Of a stretch of DNA of 15,014 nt, positions 1 to 9,316 are shown one piece after another. The stretch covers positions 1 to 15,014 of the forward strand of contig CAXBPH010000171.1 in assembly GCA_963977445.1 (NCBI GenBank). Direction: 5' to 3'. This DNA is from an uncultured bacterium. Its GTDB lineage: Bacteria; Hydrogenedentota; Hydrogenedentia; Hydrogenedentales; JAEUWI01. Each line of letters begins with the position of its first letter. The first letter of the stretch is position 1. Under the pieces are notes generated by a model. That model was not told the origin of the DNA. It worked only from the letters and a program-made list of their open reading frames with translations, and searched no databases. A program made the translations under genes and the position numbers.

Positions 1-478
1 AAACTCCCCCGCAGGGCTCCTCCGTGTACAGGTGGCACCCGTATAGTCCACTTTCATAACTTTGGTATTCTTAAGTTGAGAAGAGCACTCACCCATCACT
101 CATAAGGTGCTACTAACACTGCCCCGCCATCCAAGGTGACCCCACGGGTGCCACCTACACGCGGGGGAGCGCAGCGGAGGAGCTTGTGGGTGCGGGTCTC
201 ACACGGCGTCCTCGATCTGGGTCCCAATGGGTTCATTCTTTTGGCACCTCAGGGTATTTTGGTAGAGACCAGTTCCCTGCACCCGTAAACTCCCCCGCAG
301 GGCTCCTCCGTGTACAGGTGGCACCCGTATAGTCCACTTTCTTGAACTTGGTTTTATAAAGTTGAGAAGAGCACTCACCCATCACTCATAAGGTGCTCCA
401 AACACTGCCCCGCCATCCAAGGTGACCCCACGGGTGCCACCTACACGCGGGGGAGCGAAGCGGAGGAGCTTGTGGGTG
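1..478. repeat. REPIN/BIME-like array: two 192-bp direct copies (1-192, 287-478; period 286), each bounded by ~50-bp imperfect inverted arms
   Basis: The copies align without gaps, with about 10 mismatches, 9 of them in the internal spacer. The left arm ends ...CAGGTGGCACCCGT and the right arm begins ACGGGTGCCACCT..., its reverse complement. The array probably continues left of the window. Confidence 0.9.
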
Positions 479-577
479 AAACTCAATGAACGCAGTAATT
501 CCCGTCCCCTGCACCCCGGCGGCTTGATTGTTAATCCAAGTAGACGTATTTAATGCGGTTGCCTCGGAAGCTCCTGG

Positions 578-606
578 TTGCAGACCTTTCCCCCCCTTGT
601 TAGAAT
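578..606 (+). promoter_or_regulatory. sigma-70-type promoter for the 628 gene
   Basis: TTGCAG (578-583), 17-nt spacer, TAGAAT (601-606) with extended -10 TG at 598-599. RBS AAGGAGG at 613-619 precedes ATG 628. Confidence 0.6.
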
Positions 607-627
607 GCCACCAAGGAGGATTGCACC

Positions 628-1251
628 ATGTTACAGGACCTGAAGAAGATCATCGACACCCTGAAGGACACCAGCAACGGCTGGGTGGACCGCCGGGATG
701 CGGCCGATGCGCTCGGTGATATTGCAGGTCACGCTATGGCGGCGTTGCGGGCCCATGCCAGCGAAAGCGATGTAGACGTGCGCACGGCCGTGAAACGGGC
801 CCTTGCCAAGGTTGGTGCCGTCGGTACGGTGTCCAGTGCGACGGCACCGCCCACCCTCGCCGCACTCGCTCAGGCCTGCGAGAAGAAATTGAAGCGGGCC
901 GTGAAGGCGAAAGGGAACGGCTTTGTGGTTCGGGTCCAAACCAAAGATGGCCGGACGCAAGACGTACTTATTGCGCCCCACAAGCGCCCCGACGGCCGGG
1001 AGCTTATTCGTGTTTCCACCCAATGTGGCGAAGCGAATTCGGAAACCATCGCTTGGGCAATTCGCAGCAATGCAGAACTCATGTATTGCGCCTTCAGTGT
1101 AGTCACGAAGGGAGACAAAGAGCTCCTGGTGATCGTCAACAATTTTAATCCCGACGAAGTCACGCCCACTATGGTCAAAGACGCCGTCAAAGAAATTGCC
1201 TACTACGGGGATTGGCTAGAGAGTAAGTTGTCGGGCAAAGACGACTACTAA
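628..1251 (+). CDS. HEAT-repeat protein with C-terminal YbjN/CesT-like (T3SS-chaperone-fold) domain, 207 aa
   Basis: Strong RBS. N-terminal HEAT-like helices (RRDAADALGDI...DVDVRTAVKRALAKV), an Ala/Pro/Thr linker, then an alpha/beta domain (GRTQDV...CGEA...AIRSNAEL...FSV...EIAYYGDWLESKLSGKDDY) resembling YbjN-like domains. The gene call is solid; the domain call is by eye. Confidence 0.7.
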   Translation: MLQDLKKIIDTLKDTSNGWVDRRDAADALGDIAGHAMAALRAHASESDVDVRTAVKRALAKVGAVGTVSSATAPPTLAALAQACEKKLKRAVKAKGNGFVVRVQTKDGRTQDVLIAPHKRPDGRELIRVSTQCGEANSETIAWAIRSNAELMYCAFSVVTKGDKELLVIVNNFNPDEVTPTMVKDAVKEIAYYGDWLESKLSGKDDY

Positions 1252-1357
1252 CCCGTGGGCCATTGACGCGTTGCCCGATATAAAATCTCCAATTGCACTG
1301 AGTCGCGTTTCAATACGACGTGGCACGATCGTTTGTTATCGAGTTTTCAATGGGACG

Positions 1358-2089
1358 TTACTTCAGGGGCTCCATCCGCACATTCCGATAGGCCACGGGG
1401 CCGTGGTCTCCCTGAAACATGAGGGGGCCGGTGGGCTTCTCGTCGGTGAAAGTTCCCGAACGAGTAGGGCCGGTCACCGGCTCATTTTCGTGGATGATCT
1501 GACCATTTAACACAACCTTCTCGAAGAGGGCATCCTTAATCTTCTTGCCATTGTCGTCGAAGCGGGGGGCGCGAAAGGTGATGTCGAAACTTTGCCATTC
1601 GCCGGGCTGCTTTGAAGCGTTTAACTTGGGTGCTACGCCGCCGAAGGAAGGGGCACCGTCTTTGCCGGTCTGTTCGTAGATGCCACCGCAATCGCTGTAC
1701 TTGAGCTCCGTTTTGCCCCAGCTGTCGAGGACCTGAATCTCGTAGCGACTCATGAGGTAAATGCCCGAGTTGGAGCCTTTGGCCACGGCAAATTCTACAT
1801 GCAGTTGGACGTCGCCATGTTCCGCCGCAGAATGGAGGTCGTCGGTCTTTCCCTTGTCGCCGTTGACCGCGACAGCGTTGCCCTCGGTCCAACCCAGTCG
1901 CTTGTCGTCGTCCGGAGCCAGACTCACATCGCCTGCCATAACCCAATCGCCGAGGGGCGCACGACATTGGGTGAGATCACCGGTGGCAAAGAGGTCTACG
2001 GTGTCGGTGAGGGATTCGGCGGAGGTGAGGGAGGACGTAGTGACCAGCATAAAGATGACGAGAATGAACGAACGAAAGATTGAATACAT
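1358..2089 (-). CDS. DUF1080 family protein (3-keto-disaccharide hydrolase / 3-ketoglycoside lyase-hydratase family), secreted, 243 aa
   Basis: Signal peptide. Family motifs NSGIYLMSRYEIQVLDS, CGGIY, PGEWQSFDITFRAPRF, VVLNGQIIH, GPLMFQGDHGPVAYRNV. Confidence 0.9.
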   Translation of the reverse strand: MYSIFRSFILVIFMLVTTSSLTSAESLTDTVDLFATGDLTQCRAPLGDWVMAGDVSLAPDDDKRLGWTEGNAVAVNGDKGKTDDLHSAAEHGDVQLHVEFAVAKGSNSGIYLMSRYEIQVLDSWGKTELKYSDCGGIYEQTGKDGAPSFGGVAPKLNASKQPGEWQSFDITFRAPRFDDNGKKIKDALFEKVVLNGQIIHENEPVTGPTRSGTFTDEKPTGPLMFQGDHGPVAYRNVRMEPLK

Positions 2090-2204
2090 GAGCGGGTCCT
2101 TTTTCGAAGTTCTACAGATTTCGGGTGTTTTTGATGTTTGGTGAGCTATGAGTCTACCACGAAATAGTCAGAAACGGTGATGTGGATTATGGAGAAGAAG
2201 TGCG

Positions 2205-2319
2205 AACCACAAAGAACACAAAGAGCACAAAAAAGATTCGAAAAGCACTTGCGATTCTACAGCATGCGCGTTGGCGAGCACGGTAATTCCTTTCTGTGTT
2301 CTCTGCGTTCTTTGTTGTT
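2205..2319. repeat. Imperfect inverted repeat with 9-nt-periodic arms
   Basis: AACCACAAAGAACACAAAGAGCACAAAAA (from 2205) versus TTTCTGTGTTCTCTGCGTTCTTTGTTGTT (to 2319): 24/29 complementary, with a ~55-nt loop. It begins 10 nt after the DUF5107 stop codon. Confidence 0.8.
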
Positions 2320-2328
2320 AAGAAATAG

Positions 2329-5300
2329 TTACTTCATCAACTCCAAGGCCGTGGCACATTTCTTCACGTGTAAATCCTGCGCATCGTCGATGCCGATGTA
2401 CGGCTGTTTGGGCGAAGTCTTGGTCGGTTGTGCCGCACCAATTTTCCACGCGTCCCGGGCGTCTTTCATGCGGTCCAGCTTGGCCAGCGACTTGCCCTGC
2501 CAGTAACGGAGTTCGGCGTCGGTCAAGACATAGCGCGCGCCCACTTCCAGGTACTCGGGGTAGGTGAGGGTTTCGGTAAAATCGGCCAAGGCCTTTTCGG
2601 TTTCACCAGCTCCGAATGACAATTTGCCCCGGGCAAGCAAGGCCGCTTCAAAAATGTCGTGGGGACGGGTGGAGCCTTCAAAATTCGAGAAGGTCGCGTT
2701 TTTCAAGAGGTCCAGACAATCGTCGTAACGGCCACCGTCCACATAGGCCTGGGCGAGCCACAACACGATGTCGAAGCGCGCGGGCACCACTTCGGGCATA
2801 CCCTCGATTAAAGTGATCGCTTCTGCCGTCTTTTTATCGGCCACGAGGATTTGCGAGAGGTCGCGGTAGAGAATCTGGTCTTCCGGGCTGGACGCAATGG
2901 CCTTACGATAAAAGGCAGCCGCTGCGGCCAAATCCTTTTTGGATTTCCAGGCATCCTGTCCCAGCAAGCGGAGGGGAACACTGCCACCGCCCTTGGCAAC
3001 GGCCTCTTCCCAATAGGGCACGGCACCATCGGGATTGAAGAGCGCCGCTTCCAGCAGTCCCTGCGCGGTGTGTATGACAGCGCTATCGGGCGCGAGTTTT
3101 GCCGCATGGGCGAGAACTACGCGGGTCTCGGGCCGCGAGGGGAAGGTCAGGCCCAGGCTGGCGGGGGTAATGTTGCTCAATGCTGCTTGTGCTCCCGATT
3201 CGTCACCGGTTTGGCTGCGACACCACGCGAGGTAGGTGTAGGGGAGTAGATCGTTGCCGTTGAGGACGTCCGTGCTCAATGCCCCTTCTAGGAGCATGGC
3301 TGCTTCGCTGTAGAGGCCGTGATTTGTGAAAAAGACGGCGACCTCCATGAGCGTGAAGACTTTCTCGCCACAGGCCTCTTGCCAGAAGGCCAGGGCCCTT
3401 TCGGCGTTCGTCGGATCAGCCACGGCGGCCAGCCCATGGACAACAAAGTCCGTGGGGTCCACGCGGTGCTGGAGGAGCGGTAGTTCGGCGGAGATGGAAT
3501 CGCCCAGGGCATAGCGTGCAGCGAGCCACTCATTGCGGACTTGGGTATCTTCGGGGGCCATCGTGCCGGCTTGGCTGAAGGCATCCACAGCGCCCGTATA
3601 GTCGCGCTGCATCATCTTCGCCCGACCAATGAGACTGTAGCCCAGGGGGATATTGTCCAGACCCTGCACCACCTTGAAGCCACTCGCAATGGCCCCATCA
3701 AAATCGCCCGTAGCCAATTGGGCCGCACCGAGGAGGTGCCAGGCTTCGGAAGATTCCGCGTTGATGCGCAAAGCTTCCCGGGCGCGGGCCATGCAATTGG
3801 TATAGTCGCCCCGTTCCAACAGGAGCGTCGCCAGGGCATTCAGGGCATCCACATGTCCCGGAGAGACGGCCAGCACGGCCTCATATTTCTCTTGGGCCAT
3901 TTCCGGCTGATTTTTTCGATCGAGCAATTGGCCGGCCATATACAATTGGGTGGCCTCCGGCAGCGTTTTCTGCCAGGCCGCTTCCCCTTCGAGATCGGGC
4001 GCGTCTACCGGCGTGATGGCCAGGGGTGTGGCATAGGCCAGGAGGGTGCTTCCCGCGCTATCGGTGATGGCTATATCGATGGGCTCCGTTGGTGCGTTTT
4101 CCAATGAGGTGGTGTACGCAGCAAGGGGGGACAGGTCCATGGTCATGTCGGAAAGGACACGTTCGCCTTGGGACAAGACCAGTCGGGCACCGGGAAACTT
4201 CGCCGTGGCAATGAGGGCGAGCTTCAGCAGCGTACCCTCCCGTTTGGCATTGATGGCGATATCACGATTGGCGAATTCAAAGCCGTCGCCGAGGCCATGG
4301 ACAGGATACCAATACTCCCGCCAGCGAATTTCTTCCAGGGGTTTGAGGAAGCCATAGTCCGCCTGGGTGAGGAGGGGACCCGTCTGTACCTCGATGTAGG
4401 GCGCGTCCTCCCGGTTGCCATCGGTGAGGCCCATCTGGCTCGTGACACCGAAGTCATCTTCGCCCCAGGTCCAGGCTTTTTTGCCGCGAACGATGTGGTG
4501 GTTCGCATGGGACACAATGCCCCGGTCGAGGTCGACGTCGTAGGCCCCGAAAAAATCCTGATCGCAGCCATAGGCGAAGACGGAAGCCATGGTGGGATAG
4601 TTTTTCAGGTAGGTCATATCCACGCCGTCATTCACCGGCCATGTAAAAAACTCATCGCCATTGTGATTGCTGCCGAGGGACATGGGGTAAATAAAGCGCG
4701 TACCGTCGAGGTTGGGGAAGGCCGTGTTGTTCCAGAAGTAATAGGTGTGGGTGCCGTCCGTCGGGTTGGCCATGCGGATGGACTCATCGAGGTAGGCCTT
4801 GCCCGGGTGCAGGGTCAGGCGCACTGTCCAGCGGGTGCGAAACATTTTTTCCGTGTTGCCGATGACCAGGGTGGCCGAGCCGTCCTCGTTGTTCACGATG
4901 GTGGCGTCTACGGGGGATACAATGGTGACCGTGTGGCCTTGGGGGCCGACGTTCCATTCGATACCCCCGGCAATCCACGCGCCCCGCATGGAAATCAACG
5001 CGGGCTTAATGACACCCGGGTTGTGAAACATTTCCTGGTCCGTGGTCTTGTCCCACACCGAATGGATGCGCCCACCGAGTTCCGGGAGGCAGGTGACCTT
5101 CAGGTATTCGTTTTCCAGATAGAGGGCGCGATAGGTGCGGAGCTCCGGCTTGTCGAGAAGGTGATCCTGTCGGGTGTAGGGATAATAGATGCGTCCTTCG
5201 TACTCCTGAAAAACGGGATTGGGGTCGTCTATCCAGGGATAGGTCAAGAGGTCGAGGGTGCCCTCCGAGCTTTGGACCGGCTCGGCGTTTGCCGTCGAAA

Positions 5301-5343
5301 TGGTGGCCAATACAACAAGCAGCGCTGGAAGTAATCGAGTCAT
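2329..5343 (-). CDS. DUF5107 domain + tetratricopeptide-repeat protein, secreted, ~1004 aa
   Basis: DUF5107 motifs (LENEYLKVTCLPELGGRI, IKPALISMRGAWIAGGIEWN, YYFWNN, GKKAWTWG, YIEVQTG, EYWYPV) followed by many TPR-like helical repeats. Start moved from 5487 to ATG 5343 because of the AAGGGA RBS and the signal peptide MTRLLPALLVVLATISTANA. Confidence 0.88.
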   Translation of the reverse strand: MTRLLPALLVVLATISTANAEPVQSSEGTLDLLTYPWIDDPNPVFQEYEGRIYYPYTRQDHLLDKPELRTYRALYLENEYLKVTCLPELGGRIHSVWDKTTDQEMFHNPGVIKPALISMRGAWIAGGIEWNVGPQGHTVTIVSPVDATIVNNEDGSATLVIGNTEKMFRTRWTVRLTLHPGKAYLDESIRMANPTDGTHTYYFWNNTAFPNLDGTRFIYPMSLGSNHNGDEFFTWPVNDGVDMTYLKNYPTMASVFAYGCDQDFFGAYDVDLDRGIVSHANHHIVRGKKAWTWGEDDFGVTSQMGLTDGNREDAPYIEVQTGPLLTQADYGFLKPLEEIRWREYWYPVHGLGDGFEFANRDIAINAKREGTLLKLALIATAKFPGARLVLSQGERVLSDMTMDLSPLAAYTTSLENAPTEPIDIAITDSAGSTLLAYATPLAITPVDAPDLEGEAAWQKTLPEATQLYMAGQLLDRKNQPEMAQEKYEAVLAVSPGHVDALNALATLLLERGDYTNCMARAREALRINAESSEAWHLLGAAQLATGDFDGAIASGFKVVQGLDNIPLGYSLIGRAKMMQRDYTGAVDAFSQAGTMAPEDTQVRNEWLAARYALGDSISAELPLLQHRVDPTDFVVHGLAAVADPTNAERALAFWQEACGEKVFTLMEVAVFFTNHGLYSEAAMLLEGALSTDVLNGNDLLPYTYLAWCRSQTGDESGAQAALSNITPASLGLTFPSRPETRVVLAHAAKLAPDSAVIHTAQGLLEAALFNPDGAVPYWEEAVAKGGGSVPLRLLGQDAWKSKKDLAAAAAFYRKAIASSPEDQILYRDLSQILVADKKTAEAITLIEGMPEVVPARFDIVLWLAQAYVDGGRYDDCLDLLKNATFSNFEGSTRPHDIFEAALLARGKLSFGAGETEKALADFTETLTYPEYLEVGARYVLTDAELRYWQGKSLAKLDRMKDARDAWKIGAAQPTKTSPKQPYIGIDDAQDLHVKKCATALELMK

Positions 5344-5430
5344 GGAGATTCCCTTTTCTGAGTTCCTGAGTTGCACCCTATCCCGACGAGTTTTTTTATT
5401 GTAGTGAGGCCGGGGTTTGGTTACAAGGGC

Positions 5431-5491
5431 GACTTGTGGAGTCCATGGGACTTGTGGATGTGGCAAACGCCAACTATCAACTATCAATCAC
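5431..5491. repeat. Short tandem repeats in the divergent intergenic region (9-mer x3, 7-mer x3)
   Basis: GACTTGTGG-AGTCCATGG-GACTTGTGG (5431-5457) and CAACTAT-CAACTAT-CAATCAC (5471-5491). Confidence 0.5.
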
Positions 5492-5610
5492 CGACGCCCA
5501 AATACGCCCAACCTATGCAACTATGTTAAGCTGCACCCAACTGGACGTGAGGCCCTGCGCCTCCGCAAGAAACATCACCTTGACCTACCAACACATCCGG
5601 GAGCCCCGCC

Positions 5611-7704
<2,094 letters not shown>

Positions 7705-7709
7705 AGGAA

Positions 7710-7738
7710 GGGACAGCAGAGACGACAGGGACAGCAGG
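7710..7738. repeat. 9-mer tandem repeat x3 immediately after the yyaL stop
   Basis: GGGACAGCA-GAGACGACA-GGGACAGCA-GG. Confidence 0.55.
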
Positions 7739-7820
7739 TAAAGTGGAGCACTCGCTCGCCGGAGTCTGTCATGACTAATATGGTTGCACATGCTCCACGC
7801 ACACGAACCGGGGCTGTTCT

Positions 7821-7870
7821 CTCGTTCCCAAGCTCTGCTTGGGAATGCAGTCCCTGGAGCTCCGCTCCAA
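7821..7870. repeat. REP-like double-hairpin element (CTCGTTCCCAAGCTCTGCTTGGGAATGC type), copy 1
   Basis: Hairpins TTCCCAAGC-TCT-GCTTGGGAA and TGGAGC-TCC-GCTCCA. 47/50 identical to 9156-9205. Confidence 0.85.
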
Positions 7871-7923
7871 TCGAGTGGTGAGTGTCATCGGACGTCTAAC
7901 AATGGCATTCAGGGTTATTTTTC

Positions 7924-7966
7924 AAACAAAAAACGCCCGGGTCGGGCTAAGGCAACCCGGGCGTTT
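7924..7966 (-). terminator. Intrinsic terminator of the 322-aa gene, possibly bidirectional with yyaL
   Basis: Stem AAACGCCCGGGT...ACCCGGGCGTTT, followed on the minus strand by TTTTTTGTTT, 11 nt past the stop at 7978. Confidence 0.8.
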
Positions 7967-7977
7967 GTGTCTCTATT

Positions 7978-8946
7978 TCAATTCCCGATTTCGTCCTGTG
8001 GGGGCGATGCCGATGGACTCATCAACCGATAGAGAGCGCGCACGACTAAAAATCCGAGAAGTAGGAGCAGCAAAACCAAGGCTCCAACGAAGACGAGATT
8101 GACGGCTCTCCTGGGGGTGACTTTCCATGTGCTGTCAATGATACCTTGATAGCGCGCCAGTCTTTCATCTATATCGGCGACGTCGTGATAGCCATAGGTC
8201 CTTGCGAGTTCCAGCAACTCGACCGCAGGCTCAAGGACCCTCGTGTTTGCTTCCAGCACTGCGAAGCTGTAGAGCAAATCGGCCACGATGGGGTCGGTCG
8301 GTTTGACGAAGAGCATACGCTCGCCAAGCTGATAGTGGAGCGCAATGAGTAGTTCACTTTGGCGGAGTTCTCGGTCCCGATAGCGATAGAAATAGGCTTC
8401 TTTCTGCATATCGTCCTCAGAGAAATCGAGTGTGTGGTGAGTCAACAAGAAGTCGGGGTCGGATTCCATGGCGATTTTGGCCTCCAGTATTTTTACGTGG
8501 AGCCACTCCGTGCCATAGTGGGAGTTATCGTTCCGCTTGATTCCTTCTTCGATCCAGTGGAGCGCCTTCACATTATCGCCGGCGAGTTCATAGGCCGTAC
8601 CAAGATTCGCCGCAACGCTATAGTTTCCGGGCGAAGCGTCCTCCAGGGCCGATAGTTTCTCGATGCCCCCCGTGTAGTTACCGGTCAGGATGTCCTCGAT
8701 CGCGGGCACTTCACTGTCTTCCGGATCCTTAACAAGTTTGGTCTCCAGATCGGTGCGCTCCTTCGGGCCACCGTTCAGCGCCATCAATTTGCTTGAGGGG
8801 TCCGCCGCCATGCGGGCGCGCAGATAATCAACGTGGAATCCGCCACCGACCCTTTTATAGGTTCCCTCGAGGGTTACGCCTTCGATGTTGATGCACGCGA
8901 AGGTTGTCTGGCTGATTAGAAGTGCGAAACAAAAGAGATATCGCAT
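7978..8946 (-). CDS. Hypothetical exported TPR-like protein with C-terminal transmembrane anchor, 322 aa
   Basis: AAGGA RBS. Signal peptide ending TTFA|CIN, a TPR-like segment (YSVAANLGTAYELAGDNVKALHWIEEGIK), conserved-looking SHYGTEWLHVKILEAKI and QLGERMLFVKPTD, and a hydrophobic C-terminal helix LVFVGALVLLLLLLGFLVV. Confidence 0.8.
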   Translation of the reverse strand: MRYLFCFALLISQTTFACINIEGVTLEGTYKRVGGGFHVDYLRARMAADPSSKLMALNGGPKERTDLETKLVKDPEDSEVPAIEDILTGNYTGGIEKLSALEDASPGNYSVAANLGTAYELAGDNVKALHWIEEGIKRNDNSHYGTEWLHVKILEAKIAMESDPDFLLTHHTLDFSEDDMQKEAYFYRYRDRELRQSELLIALHYQLGERMLFVKPTDPIVADLLYSFAVLEANTRVLEPAVELLELARTYGYHDVADIDERLARYQGIIDSTWKVTPRRAVNLVFVGALVLLLLLLGFLVVRALYRLMSPSASPPQDEIGN

Positions 8947-9057
8947 GGGTGCCCATTCCTTTCATGTAGCCGCAACTTGGTGGAGTTTATCGTAGCATGG
9001 ATATCGCGCAGACGCCACCCCAACGGGCGGGTGATGCGTGTGGTCGTGCTTGCTCCA

Positions 9058-9138
9058 CACACGAATTCACCGTCGGCAAATCTTCGACATGGCTTCGACC
9101 GGATCGCCCTCCTACGACGCGTCTCCGACGTGGCACGA
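9058..9138. repeat. Distal, expanded copy of the RAYT-associated REP carrying two 22-nt modules
   Basis: CACACGAA-[22 nt]-CATGGCTTCG-ACCGGATCG-[22 nt]-CGTGGCACGA. The outer parts match CGCACGAACCGGAGTACCGGATCGCGCGGCACGA, the reverse complement of 14888-14921. Confidence 0.65.
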
Positions 9139-9155
9139 ATCGAGCTTGTTTATCC

Positions 9156-9205
9156 CTCGTTCCCATGCTCTGCCTGGGAATGCAGTCCCTGGAGCTCTGC
9201 TCCAA
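9156..9205. repeat. REP-like double-hairpin element, copy 2
   Basis: CTCGTTCCCATGCTCTGCCTGGGAATGCAGTCCCTGGAGCTCTGCTCCAA, 47/50 identical to 7821-7870. Confidence 0.85.
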
Positions 9206-9259
9206 CAAACTGGTTAGTGCCCAAGAAGTTTTCACATCGTCCTTCAGGTCCTTTGCCAT

Positions 9260-9301
9260 AACAAAAAACGCCCAGGCCAGCCTAAGCCAACCTGGGCGTT
9301 T
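9260..9301 (-). terminator. Intrinsic terminator of ileS
   Basis: Stem AAACGCCCAGG...CCTGGGCGTTT, followed on the minus strand by TTTTTTGTT, 15 nt past the ileS stop. Confidence 0.85.
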
Positions 9302-9316
9302 GTCGTTTGTATCTGT

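Noticed and set aside
1..478. CRISPR array
   Set aside because: Inter-repeat sequences are near-identical rather than unique spacers, the units are far too long, arms alternate in orientation, and there are no cas genes.
1320..1337. sigma-54-like TGGCACG
   Set aside because: The -12 position reads TG rather than GC, and the site lies between convergent gene ends with no downstream plus-strand gene.
2177..2506. 109-aa ORF with EPQRTQRAQKR
   Set aside because: It is a translation of the 9-mer inverted repeat plus antisense overlap with the DUF5107 3' end.
5344..5487. 48-aa N-terminal extension of the DUF5107 ORF in the ORF track
   Set aside because: It runs through intergenic micro-repeats. 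The ATG at 5343 has an RBS and begins a clean signal peptide.
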